Positions 43,656-54,221 of a stretch of DNA of 64,000 nucleotides are shown one piece after another. The translations under genes and the position numbers were made by a program. The notes under the pieces were generated by a model, which was given only the letters and a program-made list of their open reading frames with translations, made no database searches and had not been told where the DNA came from. Every line of letters starts with the position of its first letter. Within the stretch, counting starts at the first letter, position 1. Origin of the DNA: an uncultured Nitrospinota bacterium (lineage in GTDB: Bacteria; Tectomicrobia; Entotheonellia; J063; CAVPRW01); contig CAVPRW010000045.1 in NCBI GenBank assembly GCA_963707985.1, positions 1 through 64,000 of the forward strand, in the 5' to 3' direction.

Positions 43656-43756
43656 TGGTGAGGAGTTTCTTCGGTGGCCCGAAGGAGAAACAGACTTCTG
43701 AGGTGCGTTCTCCTGGCGGCTTGGCAGGTCGCGCTCGGTTCTAGGGCACGGCCATT

Positions 43757-44701
43757 TCACACCTTGGGGATGATGTGGGAGATAAAGATGTTGAGCTGTT
43801 TGCGCTGCTCTTCCGCATCGCTTCCGCGGTAGCGCACGATCACATGGCGATAGCCCAGATCAACCAAGCGTCGGAGGTCGTCCACGATCTCCGTCTGCGA
43901 ACCTGTGCCAGGATCTCGGTCGCCGTCCGCACCTTTCCTGGCTTCTCCGATGTTGATAAAGAGTTTATGGCTAAGGCTGAGGTCGACAAAACGTCGCCCT
44001 TGTGCCTCGCACAGTTTCTGGAGCGTGTTTAGACGCTCTCGAAGGCGCTCAGGGCGGAGCCCCGTTGACAACCACCCATCTCCCAACCGGGCTGTCCGCC
44101 GCAGCGCCGCATTTGAGGTGCCACCAATCAGGATGGGTGGATGAGGACGCTGGACCGACCCCGGGCTGGAGATGACGGGGTCGAGCTGATAGTGCTCACC
44201 CTGAAACGTCACCTCGCCCCCCTGGCACAGGCGTTTCACGATCTCGATACACTCGTCGGTGACCCGACCGCGCGCGGCAAATGGCCGAGCATCCAGGGCG
44301 GCAAACTCCTCCGCCAGCCAGCCCACGCCGGCTCCTAGCATCATACGCCCACCTGACAAGACGTCCAAGGTGACCAGCATGCGCGCCAGCAAGACCGGGT
44401 GACGATACGGCATCACCAGCACCGCGGTGCCGATCTTGACCCGCTGTGTCGCCCCGACCAGCACGCCCATGGTGGCTATTGGCTCGAGCAGTGGCTCTTT
44501 CGCCATGTCAACGGGGAATGCTCCAGTGGCGCTGTAGGGGTATTTGGAAGCGAACGTCGCCGGAAAAATCACATGGTCAGCGACCCATATGGATTCCAAA
44601 CCAGATGCTTCAGCCAGCTCCGCTAGCTCCAGGATGTGGTCGCGTGTGGCCAGCCGTCCGTATATGCCGACATCCAAACCAACCGTGAGCACTTGGGCCA
44701 T
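43757..44701 (-). CDS. LLM-class, probably F420-dependent oxidoreductase
   Basis: WVADHVIFP, PYRHPVLLA, GAGVGWLAEEF, HPPILIGG. Confidence 0.9.
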   Translation of the reverse strand: MAQVLTVGLDVGIYGRLATRDHILELAELAEASGLESIWVADHVIFPATFASKYPYSATGAFPVDMAKEPLLEPIATMGVLVGATQRVKIGTAVLVMPYRHPVLLARMLVTLDVLSGGRMMLGAGVGWLAEEFAALDARPFAARGRVTDECIEIVKRLCQGGEVTFQGEHYQLDPVISSPGSVQRPHPPILIGGTSNAALRRTARLGDGWLSTGLRPERLRERLNTLQKLCEAQGRRFVDLSLSHKLFINIGEARKGADGDRDPGTGSQTEIVDDLRRLVDLGYRHVIVRYRGSDAEEQRKQLNIFISHIIPKV

Positions 44702-44765
44702 GATTTCCCCCCTGTCCCCTTGTCCAGGATATCCTGTACCGGCGAGCGGGTGCCATGAATACGGG

Positions 44766-44999
44766 TTATGACGCCCTTGCCAGCCGAGACGTCGCCCCAA
44801 GCTGGGGTTGCACCCAGGTTGTCAGGACCTCATGCAAGAGGACCAATCCACCCAACCAAGCGCCGCTGATCAGGGCAAAGCGCCCGACGAGCGCTGGCCA
44901 CAGCATCGTGGCCAGGTGTGTCGAGTAATCCATGCGGGCTGTCGCGCCTGGGCTCGCGGCGGTGGTCAGTGCGTCAGCCGAAAATCCATGTGCTATCAT
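44766..44999 (-). CDS. small hypothetical membrane protein
   Basis: GAAGGAG RBS, one hydrophobic segment. Confidence 0.35.
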   Translation of the reverse strand: MIAHGFSADALTTAASPGATARMDYSTHLATMLWPALVGRFALISGAWLGGLVLLHEVLTTWVQPQLGATSRLARAS

Positions 45000-45375
45000 G
45001 GTGATGATCTCCTTCTGTCATCGGCAAAACGTCGGGTTGTCAGGGGCGGCGGAAACCGGGTCGAGATCGATCGACAGGCTCACAACCTCGAACGTCAGCC
45101 TAGCGGAACCGCATCTCATCCAAGTGGGCGATGCACGTCCGGGATGGATGTCCACCCACGTTCCGGTAGCTCCACTGCGAAAATGTCAGGTAAACCATCG
45201 CATCTGAGCCAACAGATGTCAAAGCAATTTGGGTTCTCCCGCCATTTTGATGAAGGGGGTTGGAGGTTTATGATGGGGCCAGCGGTTGGTATCTTGGCTA
45301 TGTCTGACGGTATGGAGAAGACCCACGCCATCCCTGCGGAAACCGCCGGGCCGCTGATCACGTGGCTGCATGGGC

Positions 45376-45597
45376 TTCCTGCGGTATTGGTGTCGGAAAT
45401 TCGGGCAGGCCTACGCCAATCAGTTGCGCCGCCGGTATCCCAGGCCTGGGGACACGTGGCACTTGGATGAAGTCTTTCTCACCATCAACGGGCAACGGCA
45501 CTATCGGTGGCGCGCCGTCGACCAGGACGGCCATGTCCTCGATATCCTCGTACAAAGCCGGCAGAATAAGCAGGCAGCAAAGAGGTTTTTCCGCCAA
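45376..45597 (+). mobile_element. IS6 family transposase fragment
   Basis: WCRKFGQAYAN...WHLDEVF...WRAVDQDGHVLDILVQSR. Confidence 0.88.
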
Positions 45598-45617
45598 CCT
45601 TACGAGACAAGCAGGAG

Positions 45618-46460
45618 CTATCCCAGCAGCCGTATCAGCTCGGGGTACGAACGGGGTACGTGCTTATCGGGAGGCAAGAGCCCCCGGCCAGCAAGAAGCC
45701 GGTACAATTGGGCAACGTATGGCACCCCGAGGCCATAGCACTCAAGCGTCTCTGATTGCACGAGAAATTCTTCGCAAGGGCCCTGCATGACCGCTCTGCC
45801 TTGAGCGAGTATGCAGGCCTCGTCGGCCCAGGAGTAGCCCAGGTCAACATCATGGGTGGCCATAATAATGGTGATCCCTTCGTCATGCAGACGTTGCAGT
45901 ATTTTCAGCAGTTCTTGCTGCATCTTACGATCCAACCCGGCAGTCGGCTCATCAAGAATCATGACTTGGGGCTGCATGGCGAGCACCCCGGCAATACAGA
46001 CCCGCTTTTTCTGGCCGAAGCTCAGGTTGTGGACCGGCTTGTCGGCGTAATCGACTAATCCCACCGCATCGATCGCTTCTTCCACCCTCTCCCGCACGGT
46101 CTGACTGTCCAGCCCGAGGTTCATCGGGCCAAACGAGACATCCTCCCTGACGCTTGCGGAAAAGAGTTGGCTGTCGGGGTTCTGAAATACTAGGCCGACT
46201 CGGGAGCGCAGGCTATGCAGCCCCTGGCGGTCGTAGTGCAGTGGAGCACCATCGTAGAGAACTGTCCCGTCCTGTGGTCTCAGAAGTCCATTCAGGTGCA
46301 GAAAGAGCGTCGTCTTGCCGGTGCCGTTTGCACCGAGCACGACAGTACGGCTGCCGCGTTGAATGGCGAGGGAGCAACGATCAAGTCCGAGGCTGCCATC
46401 GGGATAACGGAAGCTGACATTCTGCAGTGCAAGGATATAGTCTGTAGCCTGCTGTTTCAT
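45618..46460 (-). CDS. cbiO: cobalt ECF transporter ATPase
   Basis: GANGTGKTT, FQNPDSQLF, LSFGQKKR; operon context. Confidence 0.9.
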   Translation of the reverse strand: MKQQATDYILALQNVSFRYPDGSLGLDRCSLAIQRGSRTVVLGANGTGKTTLFLHLNGLLRPQDGTVLYDGAPLHYDRQGLHSLRSRVGLVFQNPDSQLFSASVREDVSFGPMNLGLDSQTVRERVEEAIDAVGLVDYADKPVHNLSFGQKKRVCIAGVLAMQPQVMILDEPTAGLDRKMQQELLKILQRLHDEGITIIMATHDVDLGYSWADEACILAQGRAVMQGPCEEFLVQSETLECYGLGVPYVAQLYRLLAGRGLLPPDKHVPRSYPELIRLLG

Positions 46461-47202
46461 GACATCACCATGGCAAGGGTAATCAGTGCACTGCCCCCGG
46501 TGACGGCGAGAGCCAGGTCTCTGCGGGAGTGAGCGTATACACGTTCGAGGAAACGCAAGGGGCCGTCGTTATTGCGGGCCATGGCCGCCAGGTGCAGTGC
46601 ATTTGCACGTTGCCAGATCTGGACGCTGATGTTGGCCACCAGGCTGCCGATGGAGCGCATGGAGAGACGCATGGTCGCATACCCCAGTCGGGCGGACTGT
46701 GCTGTGATCGTCTCGTGTACTACTGTTGAGAAGACAAACAGCGTACGGTAGCAGAGGACCATGATGTCCAGCAATACCTCAGGCGCCCTGAGCCGGCGCA
46801 GCAGGCCGATGATGTCGATCATCGGCGTGGTGAGGGCCAGGAAAAGGAGTGCGGTCAGTCCCCCCAGTGAACGGCCGCATACCTGAGCGGCGCGGGGCAG
46901 TTCCGTCCGTGCCAGAGACAGAGAGACACCGCCTGCTGTGCCGCCAAGCTTGAGCGAAACCACAAGTGACAGTGTACTGACGGCCAAAAAAGGAGCGCCG
47001 GAGTAGCCACCCGCAGATAGCGCCCCGGCGGTATGCCCGCCCCCAGAACCGTGACGATGCAGAGAACTACAGCGATGCTGCAGGCGGCGACGGGTGTTGC
47101 AGCGGCAAAGGCGGCAACGATCCCGCACAGGGCGAAGATCCCCTTGGCAGCGGGTGAGACTTGCCGCCAGCGGTTCGTATAGGCAGACTGCTCGATCAGC
47201 AT
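46457..47202 (-). CDS. cbiQ: cobalt ECF transporter T component, frameshifted near 47000
   Basis: MLIEQSAYTNRW start; LALTTPM, AQSARLGY, LAAMARN in second frame. Confidence 0.85.
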
Positions 47203-47531
47203 TACACCTCCTTGACCAACTCTCTTCGCATCCTGGCACGGGCCACTGATATCCCCAGATAATACCCGATGAATCCAGCCCCCAGCGCCGCCTGCAGGGC
47301 GAAAAGTAGCGAGCTGATCTCGCTGCTAGGCGGCTCCAGCAGCGGCTTGAACCACGGCTTATATCCAGGAGCGAGCGTACCAATGACCTCCCTGGCCTGA
47401 TCATCAGCCCCCCGGAATATCTCCACCTCTTTCCCATCCGGCCCCGGTGCAGGTTTCTGCACCATCCAGAGTGGTATCGCCACCAGAGCGACGACGGCTA
47501 CTATGAGCAACAGGTTCTGATACCGTTTCAT
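47202..47531 (-). CDS. cbiN: cobalt transport protein CbiN
   Basis: FRGADDQA...YKPWFKP..EPPSSEISSLLFALQAALGAG. Confidence 0.92.
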   Translation of the reverse strand: MKRYQNLLLIVAVVALVAIPLWMVQKPAPGPDGKEVEIFRGADDQAREVIGTLAPGYKPWFKPLLEPPSSEISSLLFALQAALGAGFIGYYLGISVARARMRRELVKEV

Positions 47532-47550
47532 GCTTGCACCTCCCGACTGT

Positions 47551-48207
47551 TTACGCGACATGCATCTCTTTCAGTTCCTCAGGATTCAAATGAGCCAAGG
47601 CGTTGAAGACGAGCACCGTCAGCAGCCCCTCGCTGATGGCCAGCGGAATCTGGGTTACGGCAAAGACGATGGCGAACTTAGCAAAGGATCCGACAAACCC
47701 GCTGGCCGGGTCGGGGAAGGCCAGTGCCAGCTGTACCGAGGTGGTCACATAGGTCAGCAGGTCTCCAAGAGAAGCGGCAAGGAATATCGAAACGCCGGAA
47801 GGGAGCCTGACTGTGCAGGCCAGACGGTAGATCGCAAAAGCCGCAAATGGCCCAACGATAGCCATGGAGAAGATGTTGGCCCCCAAGGTCGTCAGTCCGC
47901 CGTGGGCCAGCAAGAGCGCCTGGAACAGGAGGACCACCGCACCGATGGGAGCCATGGCCGCCGGCCCGAACAGTATAGCCCCTAGTCCAGTTCCGGTAGG
48001 ATGAGAACAGCTTCCAGTCACCGAGGGCATCTTCAGGGCCGAGAGCACGAAGGTGAATGCAGCAGCGACCCCCAACAGCATCCGCTGTTGCGGCTTTTCC
48101 TTGATGTTCTTACTGACGGTGTGGAGACCGTAGGCGACGATAGGGGCCGAAGCAACGCTCCAGGCGACTGCATGTGTTACCGGTAAAAATCCTTCCATGA
48201 TATGCAT
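47551..48207 (-). CDS. cbiM: cobalt ECF S component CbiM
   Basis: [10 protein letters not shown]-terminus, [19 protein letters not shown]. Confidence 0.95.
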   Translation of the reverse strand: MHIMEGFLPVTHAVAWSVASAPIVAYGLHTVSKNIKEKPQQRMLLGVAAAFTFVLSALKMPSVTGSCSHPTGTGLGAILFGPAAMAPIGAVVLLFQALLLAHGGLTTLGANIFSMAIVGPFAAFAIYRLACTVRLPSGVSIFLAASLGDLLTYVTTSVQLALAFPDPASGFVGSFAKFAIVFAVTQIPLAISEGLLTVLVFNALAHLNPEELKEMHVA

Positions 48208-48294
48208 AACCGCTTCTCCTTTTCGAGTGTAGTAAGCGATAATTCTGACTCTTTGGTAATTCCCTGGATTCGCAACTCCAACAGATAAGCCACG

Positions 48295-48818
48295 CGTATA
48301 GTCAAAAAACTCATGCGGCCTTGCGCACGCACGATTTCAGGAGTCCCCCGAGCCGTTCACGACACGGAATGGGACCTGTACGTTCTGGGGCTTGGCTGAC
48401 TGCAGGAAAGAGCAGCACATTACCCTGGCCTTGATGATTCCGCTCGTGATGAAAATGCGCCACATAGGTCATCAGCGCATGGCGGAGTGATACTTCCCCA
48501 GACAGGACCATCCGGGCGAGACACTGCTCTTTGACAGAGCGCACCCAGCGCTCCGCGTAGGCGTTCGGATTTGGCGACCGTGGCGGTGGTGGCATCCGCT
48601 TGACCCCGGCCGCTTCGACGAATTGTTGAAAGGCCAGGTACTGCCCGGGAGCCAGGAAGGCCCACTGCTCCATCGTGAGGTTGAGGGCGATCTGCATCAT
48701 TCACCCTCACTTGGCGTTGAGTATGCGGGATGGGGTGGGCAGGACGCAAACCGCAGGGCGGGCGATGGCAGGGTCGTAACCTCTGCTATCAAGCCGGGTC
48801 GAGTTTTTTGACCATAGG
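48295..48818 (-). mobile_element. 524-bp internally deleted integrase-core (rve) element with 18-bp terminal inverted repeats
   Basis: CGTATAGTCAAAAAACTC at 48295 vs reverse complement CCTATGGTCAAAAAACTC at 48818 (16/18); ORF with PNAYAERWVRSVKEQCL. Confidence 0.75.
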
Positions 48819-48821
48819 AGT

Positions 48822-48925
48822 CTGTGGTGGTCGTTCACCAGGGCCGTGCAGGCCGTCTTGAGGGCGTCTTCGCGGAGGTACCAGGTGGGACACCAGGCCA
48901 AGTACCGAGGGAAGAAGTCGGTACG
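48822..48925 (-). mobile_element. Tn3-family transposase remnant
   Basis: LAWCPTWYLREDALKTACTALVNDHHRL resembles the Tn3 TnpA segment WYxREETL..AN..LVN.H. Confidence 0.6.
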
Positions 48926-49002
48926 CTGCGCCATTCCAGATCGTCGTCGCCACATGAGACCCGCTCCTCTCCCGCGAAAGGATGTGCTCGCAGACTCCCG
49001 AA

Positions 49003-49160
49003 TTCTAGGTGTCCTGGCTCACGGATCATCCTACTCCCTGCCCCTTCCCAGCCCTCGGGCCAGTGGTTGCTCGCAGGTTTCGTCCCCGTTCACAGTTGCG
49101 GGGCAGCGCCGGGTTTGCACCGGCTTCCCTCGACTCCAGGGAAAAGTTTCAACGTCGTCG
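49003..49160 (-). ncRNA. cobalamin riboswitch
   Basis: minus strand AGGGAAGCCGGTGCAAACCCGGCGCTGCCCCGCAACTGTGA...CCACTG...GGGAAGG...GAGCCAGGACACCT (B12 box); same orientation as cbiMNQO. Confidence 0.9.
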
Positions 49161-49453
49161 TGTCAAGGTTCACGCCATCTCTATGGATGGTCCAGTGGTC
49201 GTCTCCAACGCGGCAGACCTGGCTGAGCGTTCTACCATAGTTTCCGCTGGTCTTGTGGACAACCTCAAGCCTCGGTTGCTGTAATGGCATGGAGATCACA
49301 AAGACATGCGGTGTTTCTGAGGAACGTCACATATAGTCGACCCCATTGTCAAGGCCAAAATCCGCTCAGCATACGTAAGCCTCTTCCCCTTGCTCATCTG
49401 GCTGGGGGGCAAGACCTGTTCGTGCTTGCAGTGCACCTCTGTGGTCCGCGAAT

Positions 49454-49975
49454 CTACTGATCGGAAATGTTGAAATAGATGCACCCCTGGGCATCAGTAC
49501 ATTTGTGTACCCAATGGCCCCAGAACTGATAGTCCTGGACCAACTGTGCATGCTGGCGATAGAGCAGCGCCCGGTCCATGCCACCCACCACATAGGCATC
49601 CAGCATGCGGCGCTGGATGGCAAAGCCCCCTTCGGCCAGATTCTGCCAGGGATGCCCCCGGGCAATGGGGGCCCAGGGGATGCCGAGCTGCTGTAGGCAG
49701 GGACTTAGGGCCAGAAACACGCCGGCATTGTCGCTGACCATGGCGTCAGGGGCACTCCATTGCGCGATCGCCTGGCGGCAGACCTGCACCACACGAGAGA
49801 GATTTTGGCGATCAAAGCACCCGGCCCCGACGATGGCCCGACTGTAGCCATCGAACAGGAGCATACTGTAGAGCCAGCGCCCCTCGATCTTGGTTAGATA
49901 TCGCACGTCGATAAACCAGACCTGATGGGGAGCGGTGGTGGGGAGAGGCCACTCTGCAGTCTTCGGCGTGCGCGG
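49454..49975 (-). mobile_element. IS481-like integrase-core transposase fragment
   Basis: PHQVWFIDVRY, LFDGYSRAIV, VSDNAGVF, PWQNLAE. Confidence 0.75.
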
Positions 49976-49999
49976 AGGCAGTGATCTACTTGCAGGTGA

Positions 50000-50185
50000 G
50001 TGGCGTACGGTCATCCAGCGCTTGATGGATCCGCTGGTGATCATAGAACCAGAAGTATGCTGCCAACCCTCCTTCCATCTCCATGACTGACCCATCATCC
50101 TTGAGGTGAATGGCCTCAAATTTTACCGTGCGCCATCATCGTTCCACGAAGGTGTTCTCGAAGACACGCTCTCGTCCATCCATTT
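50000..50185 (-). mobile_element. IS3 family transposase C-terminal remnant
   Basis: MDGRERVFENTFVER*WRTVKFE...YFWFYDHQRIHQALDDRTP. Confidence 0.7.
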
Positions 50186-50631
50186 CCAACGCCATCATGG
50201 CGTTGCTCTGGGCACGATGCGGTCTGCGCTTCAGCAACGTCGTACATCACTCCTCCCGGTTAAGCCCCTCCCGCTGCTAAAGCATACTTAGGCCGTGGTC
50301 CAGTGTGTGGGGTCCATTATAGCCTGCCCAGGCCATGACCCGAAATGTTTGCCTCACCGGTTCCAAATATGGGCTATGATGTGACACGAGAACCATGGCC
50401 TGAGAGTCTGCCCAAGAAACAGGTCTTGGGAAGCAATAAACGACGCCAGTCGGAAGGCAAGCTCAAGACAAGACCGTTTCCAAGAAACCATGGAACTAAC
50501 GAAATAGAGGAAATCGCGTCAAGCGTTCAGTAATCGCTGACTGGTGGATTGATGTCATACTTCTTGGTGGACAGGATCTGAGTCGTGAACAGCTCACAGG
50601 CGAAAAAGTTCTGTCTTGGAAGAAAGGAAAC

Positions 50632-52587
50632 ATGATGCGTGATCACGATATCCCTTTGATCCCGCGCGCCGTCCTCTTCGGTAACCCGGACCGCGCCTTC
50701 GTGAGCCTTAGCCCGGATGGCCTGCACCTTGCCTGGCTGGCTCCTGTGGACGGTGTGCTCAACGTGTGGGTGGCACCCCGTGACGACCTGGCTGCCGCCC
50801 GACCGGTCACTCATGACAGCGGCCGCGGTATTCGCTTCTACCAGTGGGCGTATACCAACGCCCACATCCTCTATAGTCAGGACACCAACGGGGACGAAAA
50901 CTGGCGGTTATACACCGTGGATGTGCAGACCAGCGCCGTCAAGGACCTCACCCCGTTTGCCGGGGTACAGGCCCAACTCATGGAGGTCAGCCACAAGTTC
51001 CCCCACGAAGTTCTCGTCGGCCTCAACCACCGCAACCCGCAGTGGCACGATGTGTATCGCGTTCACATCGTCACCGGTGACATGACCTTGCTGCTGCAGC
51101 ACGACCGCTTCATGGGCGTGACCATGGACGACGAGTATCGCGTGCGCTATGCCGCCCAGATGACGTCCGACGGCGGCAGCGACCTCTATGTCCCCGCCGG
51201 AGCCGACTGGCAGCTCTGGGACACCATCCCCCCCGAAGACGTGCTGACCACCGGGGATGTCGGCTTCGACAAGACCAATCATCGCCTCTACATGAAAGAC
51301 AGCCGCGGGCGCGACACTTCGGCGCTGGTGGAACTTGATCTCGACACGAAAGCCAGACGCCTGCTGTCTGCTGATCCCCAGGCCGATGCCGCCGACGTCC
51401 TGATCCATCCGACTGAAAAGCACGTGCAGGCAGTGTCGTTCATTTATGATCGCAAGCGCTGGCAAGTTCTCGACCCCGCCATCGAACCGGACCTGGACTA
51501 CCTGCGCACCGTCGCTGGCGGCGAAGTGGAGATCATTAGCCGCACGCTCGACGATCGCTTCTGGATCGTGGCCTACGTGGTCGACGCTGGTCCTGTGCGC
51601 TATTACCTCTATGACCGCCAGTCACACGAGGCCCGCTTCCTGTTCACCAATCGATCCGCCCTGGAAGAGCAGCCGCTAGTAGCGATGCATTCCGCCGTCA
51701 TAAAGTCCCGTGACGGGCTCGATTTGGTGGCGTACTATTCGCTCCCAGCGGGAAGCGACAGCGATGGCGACGGTCTCCCCGATCACCCGATACCCATGGT
51801 GCTCATCCCACACGGCGGCCCGTGGTCGCGCGATCTCTGGGGTTACAACCCATTGCACCAGTGGCTTGCCAACCGCGGCTATGCTGTCTTGGCCGTCAAC
51901 TTCCGCGCCTCCACTGGCTTCGGCAAGGCCTTCCTCAACGCTGGCAAGCTGGAATGGGGCGGCAACATCATGGAGGATCAGCAGGACGCCGTAGGCTGGG
52001 CGATTGCCCAGGGCATTGCCGACCCGCAGCGGGTGGCGGTGATGGGGGGGAGCTTCGGTGGTTACTCGACGCTGGCCGGATTGACCTTCACCCCAGAGGT
52101 CTTCGCCTGTGGAGTGGACATCGTCGGCCCATCGAACCTTATCACCCTGCTCGAATCCTTGCCCCCCTACTGGAAACCGGCGCTGGATATGTTCACCACT
52201 CACGTGGGTGACCACCGCACTGAGGCAGGTCGTGCCCTCCTGACGAAGCACTCCCCGCTAACCTATGTCGACCGTATTTGCCGACCGTTGCTCATCGGCC
52301 AAGGGGCCAACGACCCACGGGTGAAGCAAGCCGAATCCGATCAAATCGTGGCGGCCATGCAGGCGAAAAGCATCCCTGTCACCTACGTGCTCTACCCCGA
52401 TGAAGGGCATGGGTTCGCCCGACCCGAGAATAATCGGTCGTTCTATGCCATCGCCGAGGCTTTCTTGGCGAAATCTCTGGGGGGGCGATGTGAGCCGATT
52501 GGCAGCGATTTTGATGGCGCCAGTCTCATGGTCCCCATCGGAGTAGAAGAAGTTCCGGGCCTCGCCGACGCCATGGTGGGGCGATGA
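50632..52587 (+). CDS. S9 family (dipeptidyl/acylaminoacyl) peptidase
   Basis: HGGPW, GGSFGG nucleophile, GANDPRV, DEGHGF. Confidence 0.95.
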   Translation: MMRDHDIPLIPRAVLFGNPDRAFVSLSPDGLHLAWLAPVDGVLNVWVAPRDDLAAARPVTHDSGRGIRFYQWAYTNAHILYSQDTNGDENWRLYTVDVQTSAVKDLTPFAGVQAQLMEVSHKFPHEVLVGLNHRNPQWHDVYRVHIVTGDMTLLLQHDRFMGVTMDDEYRVRYAAQMTSDGGSDLYVPAGADWQLWDTIPPEDVLTTGDVGFDKTNHRLYMKDSRGRDTSALVELDLDTKARRLLSADPQADAADVLIHPTEKHVQAVSFIYDRKRWQVLDPAIEPDLDYLRTVAGGEVEIISRTLDDRFWIVAYVVDAGPVRYYLYDRQSHEARFLFTNRSALEEQPLVAMHSAVIKSRDGLDLVAYYSLPAGSDSDGDGLPDHPIPMVLIPHGGPWSRDLWGYNPLHQWLANRGYAVLAVNFRASTGFGKAFLNAGKLEWGGNIMEDQQDAVGWAIAQGIADPQRVAVMGGSFGGYSTLAGLTFTPEVFACGVDIVGPSNLITLLESLPPYWKPALDMFTTHVGDHRTEAGRALLTKHSPLTYVDRICRPLLIGQGANDPRVKQAESDQIVAAMQAKSIPVTYVLYPDEGHGFARPENNRSFYAIAEAFLAKSLGGRCEPIGSDFDGASLMVPIGVEEVPGLADAMVGR

Positions 52588-52739
52588 CTACACCTCGTCA
52601 ATGGCCTGCTTTTAGGCATCCAGGCATAGCCGACCTTAGCGGGGAACAGCTATGCCCACTGAATCCTCATCGAAGAACATGCTTTCCCACCGGTATCCGG
52701 CGAACATCAGCCGAGACCGGCAATGGCGATTGGTGACGA

Positions 52740-52900
52740 TGCGTAAAACGCTCCAGGACATCAGCTGGAAGGCGCAGGTGTGCCTGCGTATACGGTACCT
52801 GCAACGGAGTGCGCGCTGTAAACACGTGAATTAGGTCATGGGTGGCGATGGCCCGGCAATGATGTGGTAACGTGGTTCACGAGGACCTGCTTCAGCGATG
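52740..52900 (+). mobile_element. IS110 family transposase C-terminal remnant
   Basis: LQDISWKAQVCLRIRYLQRSARCKHVN, decayed. Confidence 0.6.
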
Positions 52901-53036
52901 TGTATTGGGCTTCTTCGCGTCCCGTGCGGAATTTCATGCCGGACTCGTGTGCAAAAAGCGTGTGCGTTTGGCACCTACCCATACCTTGGGCTTCCCCTGC
53001 GCCACAGGAACTCCGATCTCAGTCACAGCCCCAAAG

Positions 53037-54221
53037 CTACTCATGCTCTCTTTGGCTACCTTGTTCATGCTGAGCAGTTGTCACAAACCCTTGGAGGCGG
53101 GTATGCATGATAAGTTGGTCGAGTGACGCTGTGGTGAAAACCTTCCCATCAAGGCGGAGGAGCATCTGCCGCATATCTTCACGCCGCTCGCGGAATCCCC
53201 TTCCATCAATGCAGGCGATGACTTCATAACGGGCACGGCCAGAAGTTACATGCTGGTTTCGCTGCGTCTCAAGCTCCTTGATACGGGCGACCTTGTCACG
53301 GGCAGTGCCATCATCACTGGTGATTTTCGCCTCGATAATGACGACGGGGGCGACTTCATCAGGGATACAAAAATCTGGTGCTTGCCCGAATCCTGGTAGC
53401 CGTTCGGCACGTTTGGTTTTCCGGTATGTGATTCCAGCACGCCGAAGTTGGTCCTCAACGGCATTTTCCATTACTTCCCCTACAAGCTCAGATACAGCAT
53501 TACGGTGCGTCGCAAATGGGCCACCGAGATACCGCTCATAGAGTAGGACCGCATAGGGGACGTCTTCACTCGCGGCATGTCGAAGTGAGACAATGCCCTC
53601 ATGTGTGTCAAACTTGGCAAGGCGATGTACCACGCCGTCAGTCTCTTGCGGAGCACCCCGCGTGACGTATTGAATGGCTACCCTCACCAAAGCCTCAATG
53701 CGCTCTAAGCTCTTAGGACGTCCCACAGGGCGTTGCTCAATTCTCCCTGAACGGACAAGACGTGCTTGGTACCGCTGCTCTCGAATAATGAGGTACTCGG
53801 GAGTCTCGCGGCAGGCCCTATCAAGTCCTCGCGCCGCTCCCTGGGTAATGTCACTCATACCTTCTGTACGAGCCAGTTCGGCCCACTCAGGCGGTGTCAT
53901 GCCCAATATGGCACGAAGGACGCCTAAAACCCGACTATTCTCGCGTAATGCCTCCCCTACTGCAGTCTCCGTGAAGTTGGTGAAAGCTGCCGTGTGATGT
54001 TTCAAGACCTCATAGGCAGCACGAAAATCGGCGTACTTAATAAAGCTACTCCCCATTGGCATCAGGAGAAACTCTGATCCAAGGTCCAAGATCGTAACTT
54101 GCACCATTTCCTCAAGACGCTCATGGAGCTCCTCGCTGCTCAGTTCGAATGGCCGCTGCACCAGCGTCTCCTGACTTTTGGGCAGGTCGTACATTTCCTT
54201 AAGAAAAGGAAATGTCGTCAT
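53037..54221 (-). CDS. putative type II restriction endonuclease
   Basis: APDFCIP...IIEAKITSDDGTARDK PD-(D/E)xK core; overlaps the MTase stop; start 54221 or 54194. Confidence 0.75.
   Translation of the reverse strand: MTTFPFLKEMYDLPKSQETLVQRPFELSSEELHERLEEMVQVTILDLGSEFLLMPMGSSFIKYADFRAAYEVLKHHTAAFTNFTETAVGEALRENSRVLGVLRAILGMTPPEWAELARTEGMSDITQGAARGLDRACRETPEYLIIREQRYQARLVRSGRIEQRPVGRPKSLERIEALVRVAIQYVTRGAPQETDGVVHRLAKFDTHEGIVSLRHAASEDVPYAVLLYERYLGGPFATHRNAVSELVGEVMENAVEDQLRRAGITYRKTKRAERLPGFGQAPDFCIPDEVAPVVIIEAKITSDDGTARDKVARIKELETQRNQHVTSGRARYEVIACIDGRGFRERREDMRQMLLRLDGKVFTTASLDQLIMHTRLQGFVTTAQHEQGSQREHE

Noticed and set aside
49161..49166. Minus-strand TTGACA as the riboswitch promoter
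   Set aside because: No acceptable -10 at 16-18 bp spacing
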